Positions 1-13,600 of a DNA stretch of 64,000 bases are shown piece by piece. This stretch comes from Phoronis australis (Eukaryota > Animalia > Phoronida), in NCBI GenBank assembly GCA_002633005.1, contig NMRA01000236.1:153907-217906 (forward strand), read 5' to 3'. The notes under the pieces were generated by a model. It was not told the DNA's origin and made no database searches. It saw only the letters and a program-made list of their open reading frames with translations. Made by a program: the position numbers and the translations under genes. The stretch's first letter is position 1, and each line of letters starts with the position of its first letter.

Positions 1-439
1 ATGGGTTTCACGTGCTTGTATATTATACACTGGCAATAGGAAATGATTTTTACGGGAGCACTTTTTATTCTAATCCATGTGAACGAAATTTCATTAATCT
101 TATGCCTTCATAAAATGAATTAGTCATTCAAAATATTAGCTTATTTTTATTGAAGTTATTTGACAATTTTATTGTAAAAGCCTATATTCTATGTGTGATT
201 TGTGACATTGTTGTTAAATGTTTGTATTGTACGTGTGATATGGGCCAGAGGTCTACATTACCTTATGAAATATACAAAGGCGAGCAGTCAAGTATTTATC
301 AAAATAAGTCCCCGGGCAATATCTCAGCAAAAGCATCATTAGGCAAAAGACGACTGGTTCTCGTGTTTTGTGAAGCTCCCCCATGTGCGTTTTGTCGTCT
401 GCTCCGCCTTCCGGATTCCTCGGCAGCAGTGTTTTTGAA

Positions 440-632
440 CTGAAGGGCGAATAAACAATTGCAGGCGTTGTACCAGTCGTGCGCAGGCCTCTCAGGTGAT
501 CATCTGCTTTACTAATGTATAGTTGAGGAGCTAGAAACATGACTCAGGGGTCTAGCAGTGCGCCCCAGTGGGATTCGAACCCATGACCTTGAATAAAGAA
601 AGCGGAACTTATCCCACTGGACCGGACACCCT
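440..632 (-). mobile_element. tRNA-derived SINE
   Basis: B-box GGTTCGAATCCC on the minus strand; head similar to the 6927-7080 copy; no proper cloverleaf. 3' boundary approximate. Confidence 0.6.
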
Positions 633-3260
633 GCCTCATCATCATTGAAGCAGCCTCCTCAGCTCAAAAACTCCCTTTTAATGGTCTTTCTTTCCGGGGC
701 TTGAACATGGAATTCGTAATTAGCTTCAATGAAACTAGTTCGATCTCAAAACTGAGATCACATTTGACAGGCATGGCAACCGTTTTTCAACTGCCAATGT
801 CCCGGATGGTCTCTTTCTTCAGTGAGGATGGGAACCACCTCTAGCATCATGGTCTAGATATTTTGAGACATCTCTTGAGTGCTAACGGAGCCTGGTTATG
901 ATGTGAAATACGAACAAGACATCCTTTATAACTAACACCGGTACTTTCGGACTACGAGTCCAGAAGTGGCATTCCCATTAGTAGAGTGCACCGGTGTGCT
1001 GTCGGAAGAGGCCCAAAAAGAGAATGTGCCAGCTCGGCCACGGAATGAGTCCCAATATGTGTAGTTAAAAGGGTTTGTGATATCAACTAGATACCGTCAG
1101 TTCCTAGATACCCCTATGCCAAAAACGTGCTGAAATATATTATATCCTGAAGCCTTCCTGACATTGTCTTTTGGGAAGCCCTGCAAATATTTATTTTTGA
1201 TGTGACTCCAAAAGTGAGCATGTGGGCTATATTCCGAAATTTAGTCTCAACATGGGTCATTATTTGAAACCTAGTCACGGAAATTCCTGGTATAACGTAA
1301 ACATGCAGAGACACGATTCACTTATTCCTGGAGGACAGAATACTAATAGTTACCAAAATGACGTGTATGAGACCCCAGTAGTGAACAAATTTAGGTAACG
1401 TCGGAACATCATTTAACAGAAATGGTTGATCAGATTCTAAGGTAAGTTTGAGATACTGTGATTGATTCGAAATTGCATGACCATTTTTGCATGAGGAAGT
1501 ATCTCAGGATTTTTAAGACTTGAAAAACAAAACAATATCTCAAACAAAAACGTAACTATTATTCCTACAATGGTAACAGTTTTTTGAGATTTCATCTTGG
1601 ATATTTTTATCACAGAAATTTAGTCATGTCATCGATACTGTTGTTTTGCTATGAATGCACATTTCTTTTTTGCTTAATTTCGTTGAAAAGAAAAGTTCAA
1701 TTAATGGCCGAATTGATAGCGGATTATGGTAAAATAAAATCAATGTCTTAAGGCTTGCTACTTTCAGAAAGTATTTTCATTTTCTGAGCAATTATTTTGT
1801 ATTTTGTAGATATTTAGCTAAACCCACAAACTTTGTGACAATGTCTCACACGGGATAATGCTGACTTATCTGTCGTCACAAGGTGTAATAAAAGTAAATA
1901 CGACAAAACGGTTTTAAACATCTCAAAACACTTTCCCAGTGTCCCAATCTCAACTTTATAGATAGTCAGTGTTCATAGATGCATTTTGGCGTCAATGGCA
2001 CAATTTTCTAATGATGGGGGAAAGTTCACAGGACACACTGACACTCGGGCGCACGGAACTATGGAATCTTTTGCGATGTCTACCTGTTTATTATCTTAAA
2101 AACAACAATATGTTAATATGTTAATTTATTATTGTTAATTCACAATGCTATAGTCATACCGTTTTGAAAACATGCACCCGCAATTGACTGGTGGTAGTGT
2201 AAATACAGCGGGCAGTGAGTGGCATAAAATCGTAATCAAGAATACAAATGAAACAACACATTGAAGTTTCGACATGTTTCGATGTACATCATCATCAGAA
2301 AAACATTGACCATTCAATGAACAAGGCCCAAATAGAAGTACACGTGACACGAGTCAGCTAGATGCACAGCTGCATAATTTCAACATCAATGACAAAATTT
2401 TCAAGACCAGTGATAATTTGCTGTGAACCCACTGTTTATCAATACAATCTAGGAACCGGTGAATTCAAGTGACAACACTGATCAAAATTTGACTTCACAG
2501 AATATTTTCTTAGAAACTTAATTGAAAAAGACATGCCTACATTGGTAATGGCTTTCTGACGAGATCGAGCACTAGTTTTGAGAGCGGATATCGAGCACTG
2601 TTTCAATAAAATATACTTCCCATGTACGATCCAAACACAAAAACATCAAATAAAAGCAACATTCGAAGCTCACATTTGCGAGTACTGTCTAATTGGCTTT
2701 AATTAATTGACGTAGCCGATTTCGCCGGTCAACCGACTGGGACATCTGTTTATAAGCAGGAAGATATCATTGAGAACCAATGACCAGATGTCTTAGCCCG
2801 TTGACCCAGCGAAGTCAATCAAATGCAACCATTGGTTAATTTAATTTTAGTTAGCAGCTGAAAACACACCGAACAGATATGGCAGCGTTTTTGTCGCAAT
2901 TGAGAACAAATCTAATAATGTCGAAACACCCCAGTTGAACAGCTCCACGACCTTTTCAATATGTTGGTCTCTAAATAGCTTTATTTGGATTTGATTACGT
3001 CACGGACTTCAGTCTTTTGTACCTCACCAATCCCACAAATGCTAGAAACGAGGCAAAATCTTAGAAATTCTTATCACAGAAAAAATTAAAAAATAACAAA
3101 TTTACGATAATCTAAAACCATGCTCGATTCCAAATTTTCCGTGTCCAATCAAATAATTCACGAATTGTTTGCAGCTGCATGTTTATGTCAAGATTTTGTC
3201 TTAAACAATGTGTTTGCTTGTAATACATGACAATATCTTACAAAGACTTTCTGTGATATC

Positions 3261-3406
3261 CAGGGGCGGATCCAGGATTTTGAGTTGGGGGGGGGGGGNC
3301 CCGGATTTTGCCCGTCAGGTATTCGCACCCCGAACTGCCTAATGGAATCTGGCAGAATTTTAGGTGTGGCCATGGCCCCCTTGGCCCCCCTCTAAATCCG
3401 CCACTG
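3261..3406. mobile_element. Short MITE (CAGGGGCGGAT...ATCCGCCACTG) just downstream of the CAT stop codon
   Basis: TIRs plus 5-bp TSD ATATC. Confidence 0.8.
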
Positions 3407-3545
3407 ATATCACGTTTCCGGTAGTCACTTGCATCTATGGAACCTGGTCCACTTGCATCTATGGAACCTGGTCCGGGCCCAGTTGTTATTCGCCCTATCT
3501 CAGACTTCTTCGACCTTTGCCCATAGCTTCAGGCAATATTGATAT

Positions 3546-4609
3546 CTAGTCGCTATATGGCGGCGGTTTTTCATCTCTTTCATCTAACATAGGTTCGCCA
3601 GGTACAACACTGCTATCGTCAATAGCACCGTAATTAATGATGGTTTTCTCGTGTTCATAAATACTTATAGCCTTACTGTGTTTTATACCATACGTGAAAT
3701 AAATTATGAAACCAATAGTCATCCATACAGCAAACCGTATCCAAGTGAGGTACGAGAGGGACATCATTAGGTAAAGATTTGTTATCACCGACACAATGGG
3801 CACGACAGGTACACAGGGGCAGCTAAACACCAACCGCGTGGTATTTTGAGGTTGGCGCGCAATAAAAATGGAAAACGATAAAACAACTAACACAACTATA
3901 CAAACAAGTAAAACAGACCACCACTCAAGTTGCAACAAGGCAGATTGGCAGTAAACAGCAAGACTGCAAAGAATTATAGCAAAAATCATGATAACAAGTA
4001 AAGATAAGCTAACTACTTTCGAAGTCCTGACGGTTGGGTCTGGCGCAGCTTCGTCACCGACGTTGAACAAATTACCTAAACTATACACATGCGGCAGATC
4101 TTTTTTAGTTCGATCTGTCGAAATAATTCTTTCACGTATAAACGTCTTCTCCTCGCAAACCACAGATTGTCCGGTAGACTCAATACGGCGAACAACTGTT
4201 GTCTCTGTACTTGGTATGGGATCCACTGTTTTGATAGCGCGTCCGTTACCAAGAGTGTTCCCATCTTCAGACTGCGAAGAATCCTCCAATGGCACGTTTC
4301 CCAGCAGTTCTTGATACTTCTCATACGACATACCAATGTGTTCTGTTTTGTAACGCAACAATACAACACACACAGCTACCAACGTGTAGGCCATCAGAGT
4401 TCCTATAGAGAACATTTCGACTAAACTCTGCAGGTCTAACAATAAAACCAGCAGTCCTGCAAGTGTAGCTACTACTGCCAGTCCTATCATAGGAGTCTTA
4501 CTCCGGGAGTTGACGTAACCCATGAACTTATACAGGAGACCATCTTGCGCCATCGCGTAGATTGTCCTCGGCATGGGATACAAACTGCCCATCAACGACG
4601 CAATCATGC
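3546..4609 (-). CDS. CAT transporter terminal coding exon 7
   Basis: Acceptor cttcag|GC; 353-aa ORF with C-terminal AA_permease_C-like segment; stop TAG at 3548-3546. Confidence 0.95.
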
Positions 4610-7600
4610 CTGAAGTGGAATGTATAATATGTAATACTACTTTTACACTTAAAACGTATCGTCACCATCGTACCATTGTCTTCGTCATCATCGCAGTCGC
4701 CATCAACGATGTCATTATCATTGAAATTAGTTAGTCTATTGCATGTTACTAGGATCTTTAAATTGGCTCTAAAACTTATCAAAGACACAATTTTAAGTAT
4801 TCACAGACAGTGTTCTCACTAAGTTGTACCTTATTTACAATGCACTGAAACAGGATACAACTTGTTCCAAGGACACGGCACTGAAATCATGCGCAATGAC
4901 TCTATTGCCGCAGTATAGTATCCTCTTAGAACAACTTGAGCTCCACTACAATCTAAGAGCATCAGGAACATAAACCACGGAGAAACAACACCTACAAATA
5001 TTCTCAAGTTAGAACATACCGCACAATCCTCCGAAGGTTATAATGTAATTCACTCCTTTGATGTTGAATTGTCCAAACAGGTTTGGCATGACTGCATGAC
5101 CAGGGAGGTCATACCAAGGGACCATCAGGGTGATCACAATCGATACTGCCAAGTAGGAGATCGAGACAACAGCTAGAGTGGCTCCTATTGCCACTGGTAT
5201 TGATTTAGTAGGGTTATTGGCTTCTTCACCGGAGCTAGCAATGGCATCAAAGCCGACGAAACCGTAGAAGCAGGTGGCTGCACCGGAAATGATCTGCAAT
5301 TGTTTTAGTAACAGTAACACAATGGCACATACAAAAACATGAACAAGTGCGTTGACCTCTGCCTCATCATCTTATGCAAGAAACACCGCTACGTTCGACC
5401 GTGATCGGTTGCATAAAACTTCAAGACTTTGCGTAGTCTCGTTCTAGCTTCCTGACTCTCTGTCGGCTTTATTCTTAAAATTTCTGGACGGTTGACATTC
5501 CAATGCCAAAACGAGGCTTCAAACAGCATAACATGGACCTCGTCTCATGACGGCGCACAATATGGGGCTGGCGGGAAGGGGGTGGTGGGCTATAACCCTC
5601 ACTTTTTTGAGTGCTGCGCCGCCCATGGTCTATGGGCGGTGCACCACAGGGGGGCTGGGGGGGCTATAGACCCCACTTTTTTCAGTTCTGCGCCGCCCAT
5701 GCGTCTGGAGGTTCTATGTTGAAAGGCAGGGACCGTGCGAAACCGGCCCCGAGAACATTGAGTCACCGCGGCGTGTTAGACAGAATTAGAACGTACCTTC
5801 AGAGATTACTGCAGATGAGTATTTACACTGACTTTGGCAATAATCAATAATCAATTACAAGTGTCTCATTAAGAAACTCAGTAGTGTGAAAACAATGCCA
5901 CTGCCTTCCGTCATTCTGCAGCTAAATTTGAGTAGTTCTCGCATCACAAGGTTATTTTACTACCCAGAAATTATCCAAAATGGTTTAGCATTCGTGTAAA
6001 CTACAAAAACCTTCGAACTGAATGTCTAGTCACTCTTCCTCTAATGGGTTGTGACTGATTCTGCTTAGATAATACCGCATACTTCCGATAAAGCGCCGAA
6101 GGCGACAGCGATTTCGTCTTGTCGCTTTTTGTTCCCGAAAGAGCCCCCTACGCTGTTCCGGAAACAACGATTTCCTCAAGTCATTTTGCATTCCATAAAA
6201 AACATCCATAGGCGCTATTTCTTCATTCTTTTTCGGAAAATCTATCATGGGCGCTTTGTGGCGGCGTGGCTTTATCGGAAATCCTCCATAACCGCGTGTC
6301 ACGACCATTGCTTTCTCAAGTGGATGACCGACTTCTACAAAGCGGGCATAATGTTTCTTTTAATCATCCAGAAATCCAATTCACTGGCTTCTTTGGTCTA
6401 CTCAAAAATTCCACGAAAGTGTAATCAATTTGGATGGAATCTGTTGCGTAGTAATATAACATAGTTTAGAATACATATGTAATGTGTAAAATTTGTTTAT
6501 TCTGAGAAGACGTTATATATTGGGATCTCCATATCACTCAAATGACAATCAATTGAAGAGATGTTGCATGAACTTTTGGTAACTAACCGCATTACCACAG
6601 TATGAAGGAAAGTTGTAACACAGTGTGTGTGTATTCACTAAAGACAGCTATCGAAAATACGCTCGGACGTATATTCCGGCGATTTCATTTGAGAGTCTTT
6701 GAATGTCATTTTCCAAAAATCTGCCCATGGGCCTATTTCCAGAAATTCCTGTAATCCGGTTCAAGTCTCATTTTGGCATTGGAATGTCAACAACACATAC
6801 ATTTTAAGAAAGGTCTTTTAAAATGTAAACAAGCCTTATTATTTCAGAGAGAAATCAATATTCACGGGTTTTAAGTCAAGTATCTGATTATGACTTCCTT
6901 TATTTGAAAAGTCATGTGAATTGTATTGCCTGCTAGTGTGGCCAAGTGGTTTAAATGTCCGCTTCCTTTGCTCAAGGTTGTAGGTTCGAGCCCCACTCGG
7001 GCACAGTGTTAAACCCTTGAGTCTGTCAAGGCCAAGCACCAGCAGATTAGGTCGGAACCGTCTAACCTGTTATAAGTATGGTGCTAATTTAATCACTTCG
7101 TCATTTTCCGTACGAGGTTTTAATGTAGATATATGCATATGTATATACGTTACCAGATATATTACTAAATATGCAGCAGTGTACATGATAATGCCACACA
7201 GAAATGGACGAACTTTGTATCAAATGAGCAAGCTCAGTCCTCTTGATTTGTTAGTTTGTTGTATGACGTCATTGCTCAAGAATAGCAACGTGTCCCTTGA
7301 TAATGCGACGGCATTGTTGCAGTCCAGCGTAAATTTCATGTAACCGCTCACAGTAATTTAAATTATTCGTATTCTTTACAGACAGCAGAGGCAAGAGGTA
7401 GAAATTATCAGGCCTGCATTTAAGCCGACATTATTTCCCGTACGACAGTCTTTTTGCTGCCTCATGACTACGACGGCGACTATAATGGTGATAGGAGCAT
7501 GGCGATATTTTATCATATTGAAAAATACTGGTTAGATAATGATGATGCTGTTGATACTTAATATAATGACGTTTGGAAATGTGTAATAAAAATAGGACGA

Positions 7601-10600
7601 ACAAATAAATAAAGTTACCCCTTTAACGCCCATTGGGAAAAAACCAGGTGGGTCCGTCCAATTCTTTATGTCAGCAAAGTAGAGACCAACAACGACAATC
7701 AGGAGAATAACCAACATATTAAGGACAGTGAGAGAGGCATTCACTACCGTTGACATCTGAAACAAAATTAACGCATTAAAACTACATCAACGCATCACAA
7801 TTAGAAAAGATCAATTTTGCAATCACCGCACTTAGTGGGACTAAAGTGAGTTTCTAGCAAGTATCTGTCTTGGGTAGATCTATCTAACCATTGCTGCTAC
7901 CGGTAGTAACTGTCTTGGGTAGATTTATCTAACAATTGATGCTACCGGTAGTAACTGTCTTGGGTAGATTTATCTAACCATTGATGCTACCGGTAGTAAC
8001 TGTCTTGGGTAGATCTATCTAACCATTGCTGCTACCGGTAGTAACTGTCTTGGGTAGATCTATCTAACCATTGCTGCTACCGGTAGTAACTGTCTTGGGT
8101 AGATCTATCTAACCATTGCTGCTACCGGTAGTAACTGTCTTGGGTAGATCTATCTAACCATTGCTGCTACCGGTAGTAACTGTCTTGGGTAGATCTATCT
8201 AACCATTGCTGCTACCGGTAGTAACTGTCTTGGGTAGATCTATCTAACCATTGCTGCTACCGGTAGTAACTGTCTTGGGTAGATCTATCTAACCATTGCT
8301 GCTACCGGTAGTAACTGTCTTGGGTAGATCTATCTAACCATTGCTGCTACCGGTAGTAACTGTCTTGGGTAGATCTATCTAACCATTGCTGCTACCGGTA
8401 GTAACTGTCTTGGGTAGATCTATCTAACCATTGCTGCTACCGGTAGTAACTGTCTTGGGTAGATCTATCTAACCATTGCTGCTACCGGTAGTAACTGTCT
8501 TGGGTAGATCTATCTAACCATTGCTGCTACCGGTAGTAACTGTCTTGGGTAGATCTATCTAACCATTGCTGCTACCGGTAGTAACTGTCTTGGGTAGATC
8601 TATCTAACCATTGCTGCTACCGGTAGTAACTGTCTTGGGTAGATCTATCTAACCATTGCTGCTACCGGTAGTAACTGTCTTGGGTAGATCTATCTAAGAA
8701 TTGCTGCTACCGGTAGTAACTGTCTTGGGTAGATCTATCTAACCATTGCTGCTACCGGTAGTAACTGTCTTGGGTAGATCAATCTAACCATTGCTGCTAC
8801 CAATAGTAACAGTCTTGGGTAGTTCCATCTAACAATTGCTGCTACCGATAGTAACTGTCTTGGGTAGAACTATCTAACCATTGCTGCTACCGATAGTAAC
8901 TTTCATGTGATTACTAATACGGTCAAATCAAATTAAATTGCTTGGAATAACCAACTTTTGCAAACATTGACAACTACAATCGTTGCACATCGAAAACACA
9001 GACAGAATGACGAATGATGGGAAGCATGCACTTTAAAGTAATTCAAGGCATCCTTAAGAGAAATTAAAAAATTGCCAATTGACTCTCAAAACGCAAACCC
9101 ACTACTGAAACGACCAAATGAATTTTGAAAACATCAGAAAATTTAATTTCGAACTTACTGGATCAAGGATTTTAACTGCGTGGTCACTGGCATGAAGTTA
9201 AGTTGTCAATCTCTCATGTTGACTCAATCTTACACCCACGTTCTACCGTGATTTTAGTGTCACATACCTTAAATGTGATATTAGTGTCACATACCATAAC
9301 TGTGACATTAGTGTCACATACCTTAAATGTGATATTAGTGTCACATGACTGTTATACTAGTGTCACATACCATAACTGTGATATAAGTGTCACATACCTT
9401 AAATGTGATATTAGAGTCACATACCTTAACTATGATTTTAGTGTCACATACCTTAACTCCAACAGCTAGTATCAAAGTCATTCCGACCGTCAAAGCTAAG
9501 GCCACAAAATCAGGATACTCCGACATACCTGGTCCGTGCATTTCACCCACGTTTTCTATTATGGACCTGGGGAAGAAAACAATACATAGGTATAAATGAG
9601 ACCTCCCAACATTTTGCACAAAGTATCGTGTTCATCTTTCCCTGGGGTTCACAAGCACGCTGCTTTTTATGGATCTTTCTTTTCTTCTTTAAGTTGGGGC
9701 TTACGAACACGCAAGCAATCAACATGTAAACAATTAACAAGTTTTCAGATAAAAACAAGCCAAAGTTGGTCACAGTTGCCGTCACCCACATTGTTCCTAT
9801 TGCCTGTCGAGCATCATCAGGTGGTCATCTGTGCTATATATATCTATCTATTCGACAGTCTGTGTCATACCCTTGATAAAAAGCGTACCGCTTGAAACGT
9901 GGGTAATATTTTAATAAATCTTGATGCTGATGTTCGTGTTTTTACTTTGAACTCTGCTAAGGGTAAGACAGACCTAATTAACAACAACGGTTACGTACAA
10001 ACGGGTCTTCTTTTGTGCATCACCTGTTCACTGTCGAGCACAGAGCGACAACTTTGCCTTGCATTTGTTATCGGATACATTTGTTTGGGCATTCCACTAC
10101 AGTGGGGCAAGTTTCTCTAGTGCAATTCTGTGTGCGGACGGACCTTAAAAGCTTTTAAGACGCCATTGAACAGCACACAGCAAAAGACAAAGCAAATTCT
10201 TCTTAACCTTCAAGAACTTTTGAATTATTTTCGATTTATTGGATTTCACATATATTCTCTGTTCTTCATTGAGACACTTTTGTCTACTGTGATTCGTACA
10301 TTCATTGCAATATTATCTACGATAAAATGCAGGGCTATTTTTCAAATGTTACGGAATCAAACAATAGAATGCAGTTGTAAGCAGTTTTAAAACACTCGTC
10401 CAGTGACCACAAGGAGTACGGATTCCAAGCTAAGCGTTGAAATGCGGATGCCAATTATACCCCAATTCAAAGACCTTTGGGGGAGGGGGGGGGCATGAAA
10501 ACGCAGTGCCTATGCTAATTTCAGCTAAAGCAAAACCAAGGAGTTTAAAATGTACTGTAGCCTACAAACAAAAATAACTGATAAAATATTTCATTATTTC

Positions 10601-13600
10601 AAAATTTATACGTTTGTTCACTGCATTGTCTTCGCCCCAACGTGAGACAATCAAAATATTTCAGACATCATTTTATAACTATATTTGGACAAAATCAGAT
10701 GGAATGTAATATGATTCATGCGGGGGATGCGGGATGTCAGACGCCCAGAAACAGATACGTGGGTGCATAATGTAAATTTCAGTCAAAGCATGTGAGAATA
10801 TGACATACGTGCTTATGGTCCCGTTGAAAAGATAATCCAGGTACTGACTCCATGTCTTGGCAGCTACAGCCGCTCCTATGACTCCTTCCAAGATCATGTT
10901 CCAACCAATCACATACGCTATAATTTCTCCTGCGCCGATGTAGCTGTATGCGTAGGCGGAACCGGCCGAAGGAACTCGTGAGGCAAGTTCGGCGTAGCAA
11001 AGAGCTAAAACGAACAAAAGAATGCTTTTGTCATTTACATCTTCAGATATGCTCGACCGATCGCTATCCCGACACCTAGCATGATCGAGCGGTTTTTCAT
11101 CGGATCAGAAGTAGGAATTGGATGATTTTTGACGAAGATGCCCTGCCGGCGCTCCTGGTAATCGCCCGACTAGCGGCCAATATGACCAGTTTTCTGCAAC
11201 AAACGTATTGGATAGGCGTCGGAAGCTATATCAAGGGGAATCAACAATTGGTTTGACTTCAACACCACTGACTTGCCCAGACTTCAAAACCACCTGTCTG
11301 GCCTGCAAAACCTAATGGCCGATTTTCTAACTTGGTGGCCGGACCTAAAACAAGTTGGCCAGTGCTCAAACCATAGATGCCCGTCTATGCTCAAACACAA
11401 TGGCTGAAGAAATCGCCGATTTTGAACAAAACAAGCAAACCGGTACGAAAAATAAACACTAGATGTCACTTGAAACCTTCGAGACATTCAAGGCGAGTCT
11501 CTGAGCGGGAAATCCGGCCGTCGTGTATGATCACCGGCCAACTGGTTTTATATAGCACAGGCCATCATGTTTTAGGTCCAGCCAACTAATTTTTGGGTGA
11601 TGCCATCGCGTTTTGAAGTCCGGACAACATGTTTCATCTCCGGCCATATGGTTTTGCACTCCAGCCGACTGGTTTTGTAATCCAGGCAAGTGATTTTGAA
11701 GTCCGGGCAAGTGGTTTTGAAGTCCAACCAATTGTTGATTCCCCCTTGTACATGTTATCAAAGCGTAATATACAAAATCTGTCCGTAAGATACCAAAAAA
11801 GCAACGAAACATAAACGGTCCACGTTGGTGACAATCTTATGACACAACCCTCTTTGTATTTAAAAAGAGAGAACCCAAGAAATTTAGCCTTTTGTTTGTT
11901 CTCCAGTAACTGAGCTAATCAATGTGTGTGTGTGTGTTGTGTGTGTATGCGCGCTCGCGTGCGTGCGTATCTGTGTGTGTGTTTGCACCAATGTGTGTGT
12001 ACCAGTGTGTGTGTGCCCTGGCTGGCTACAAAAGTTATAAGCTAATTACAATTTACCTTTTCCATGCGCGCATCCGGGGGCCTGAGGGGTGCTCGGGGGG
12101 CTAATTGGAGCCCATTTAGCGAAGTGGACAAAAAGGTCCGCCTCAGAGAAGCATTAAGTCCGAAAAAGTAAAAAAACGAGACAAAAGTCCACTAAAAAGG
12201 CATGAACTACCAAAATTCGGCGAATGACCACGTCACAGCTCTGAACGTACCCCATTTTCATTTTCAATAAAAGGGCCGCATTCTCAAAAATACGAGCACT
12301 CCATTTAGGCTGGGTGCGGGCATGCTTTCACATTTCTTTGCGCACGAGAAGGCATTACGAGAACGGTCACACTCGACAGGGGCGACACATGTGGTTTGCG
12401 AGGTGTATTAGAGCATAGAACTCTAACCCTAGAATGCCAACTCCCACACAGGACCAATGTATTCTACATGTATTATTAGCGCTTACGACCCCGAAACCAG
12501 CGCGAGACTTTGCATTGTGAATTTCCGGCTGCCTAGTCGACTCAGTTGTCATCAAGTGTTGTAGTAATCAAATCAAGCCCAATATCATTACGTCATTTTC
12601 ATTTTGACATTTTTGTTTATCAAGAGAGACTCTTGAGCTATGGTTCTAGACAACCAGCGATTTCCAGCAAAATTAGTTAACAAACCCAGTAATTACATTG
12701 GTCAATGACCCAGGCCGGACACCGGGAATAGTTTAACCTACTAGATCTTTCTATCTCCTTAGAACCACTTTCGACAACCTATCAAACTACATGCCACGAG
12801 TTTTCCAAAAAGACATTCTTTAAGTGTTAAAATCGTGTTACTGTGTATTACGGAAAGAAGTGACATTTGGTTTCTGAGTGTTTTTTTTCTGCAATTATTA
12901 ATGAAAAGTTTAGCCACTAGCAGATGAGTTTACGTGACTTTCGAAAAACTACTCGTACTTGCGTAGCTAATGTTTATGTTTGCATAAGTTTTTATTGCTT
13001 TTATAATAACTCATCTATGGAATGTTTACCTGCTGTCCAGATACTTTTTGTTAATTCTGTAGTATTTACATATACCCGTGAAGTAAAATTTAAAAAATGA
13101 AAAGCTTACTTTGAAAGTAAACCAATCCAAAACTTTGCCTTGCTAACAGCTTACATTGTACTTGCCAATTGTCACGCTCTTGGCGGACTATCCCACTTTT
13201 TTCCCGCCATTCCCGCCACACCATCAAAATGTTCCGCTTTTTGACACGCAACAACACTGACATATTGTCACATACTATACTGTAATTTCCCACGCGATAC
13301 AGCACTGTTTTCCCATTCAACTAAAAAGAAGAAAACAGGACGTTCCACGGGCTTTTGAGGCACCCGCAATTGCACATTCGACCTATAAAAACACCGTCAG
13401 GCGCTTTTAGGTGTAAAGTCTCACGTTCGATAAAAAATGCTGTCGGGACGTTTTTGTATGTTGCGGCGATCATCTCACCCTTGCATTTTGACATAAACTC
13501 TGCTTCGTTTACTGTCCGGAAGTCCCGCTTTTCAATGCAGTGTTCTCGTTTTCTCATTCGCCAATGTTGACTATGGATCAGGTGTTTGTTTGTCTCTTTG

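Noticed and set aside
3988-4424. Overlapping antisense or alternative-frame ORFs
   Set aside because: Shadows of the CAT terminal exon.
7866-8900. CRISPR array
   Set aside because: Units are contiguous with no unique spacers, there are no cas genes, and the array sits in a eukaryotic intron.
11531-11834. Heptad-repeat ORFs (LQNHLPG)n
   Set aside because: Translation of 21-bp MITE subterminal repeats.
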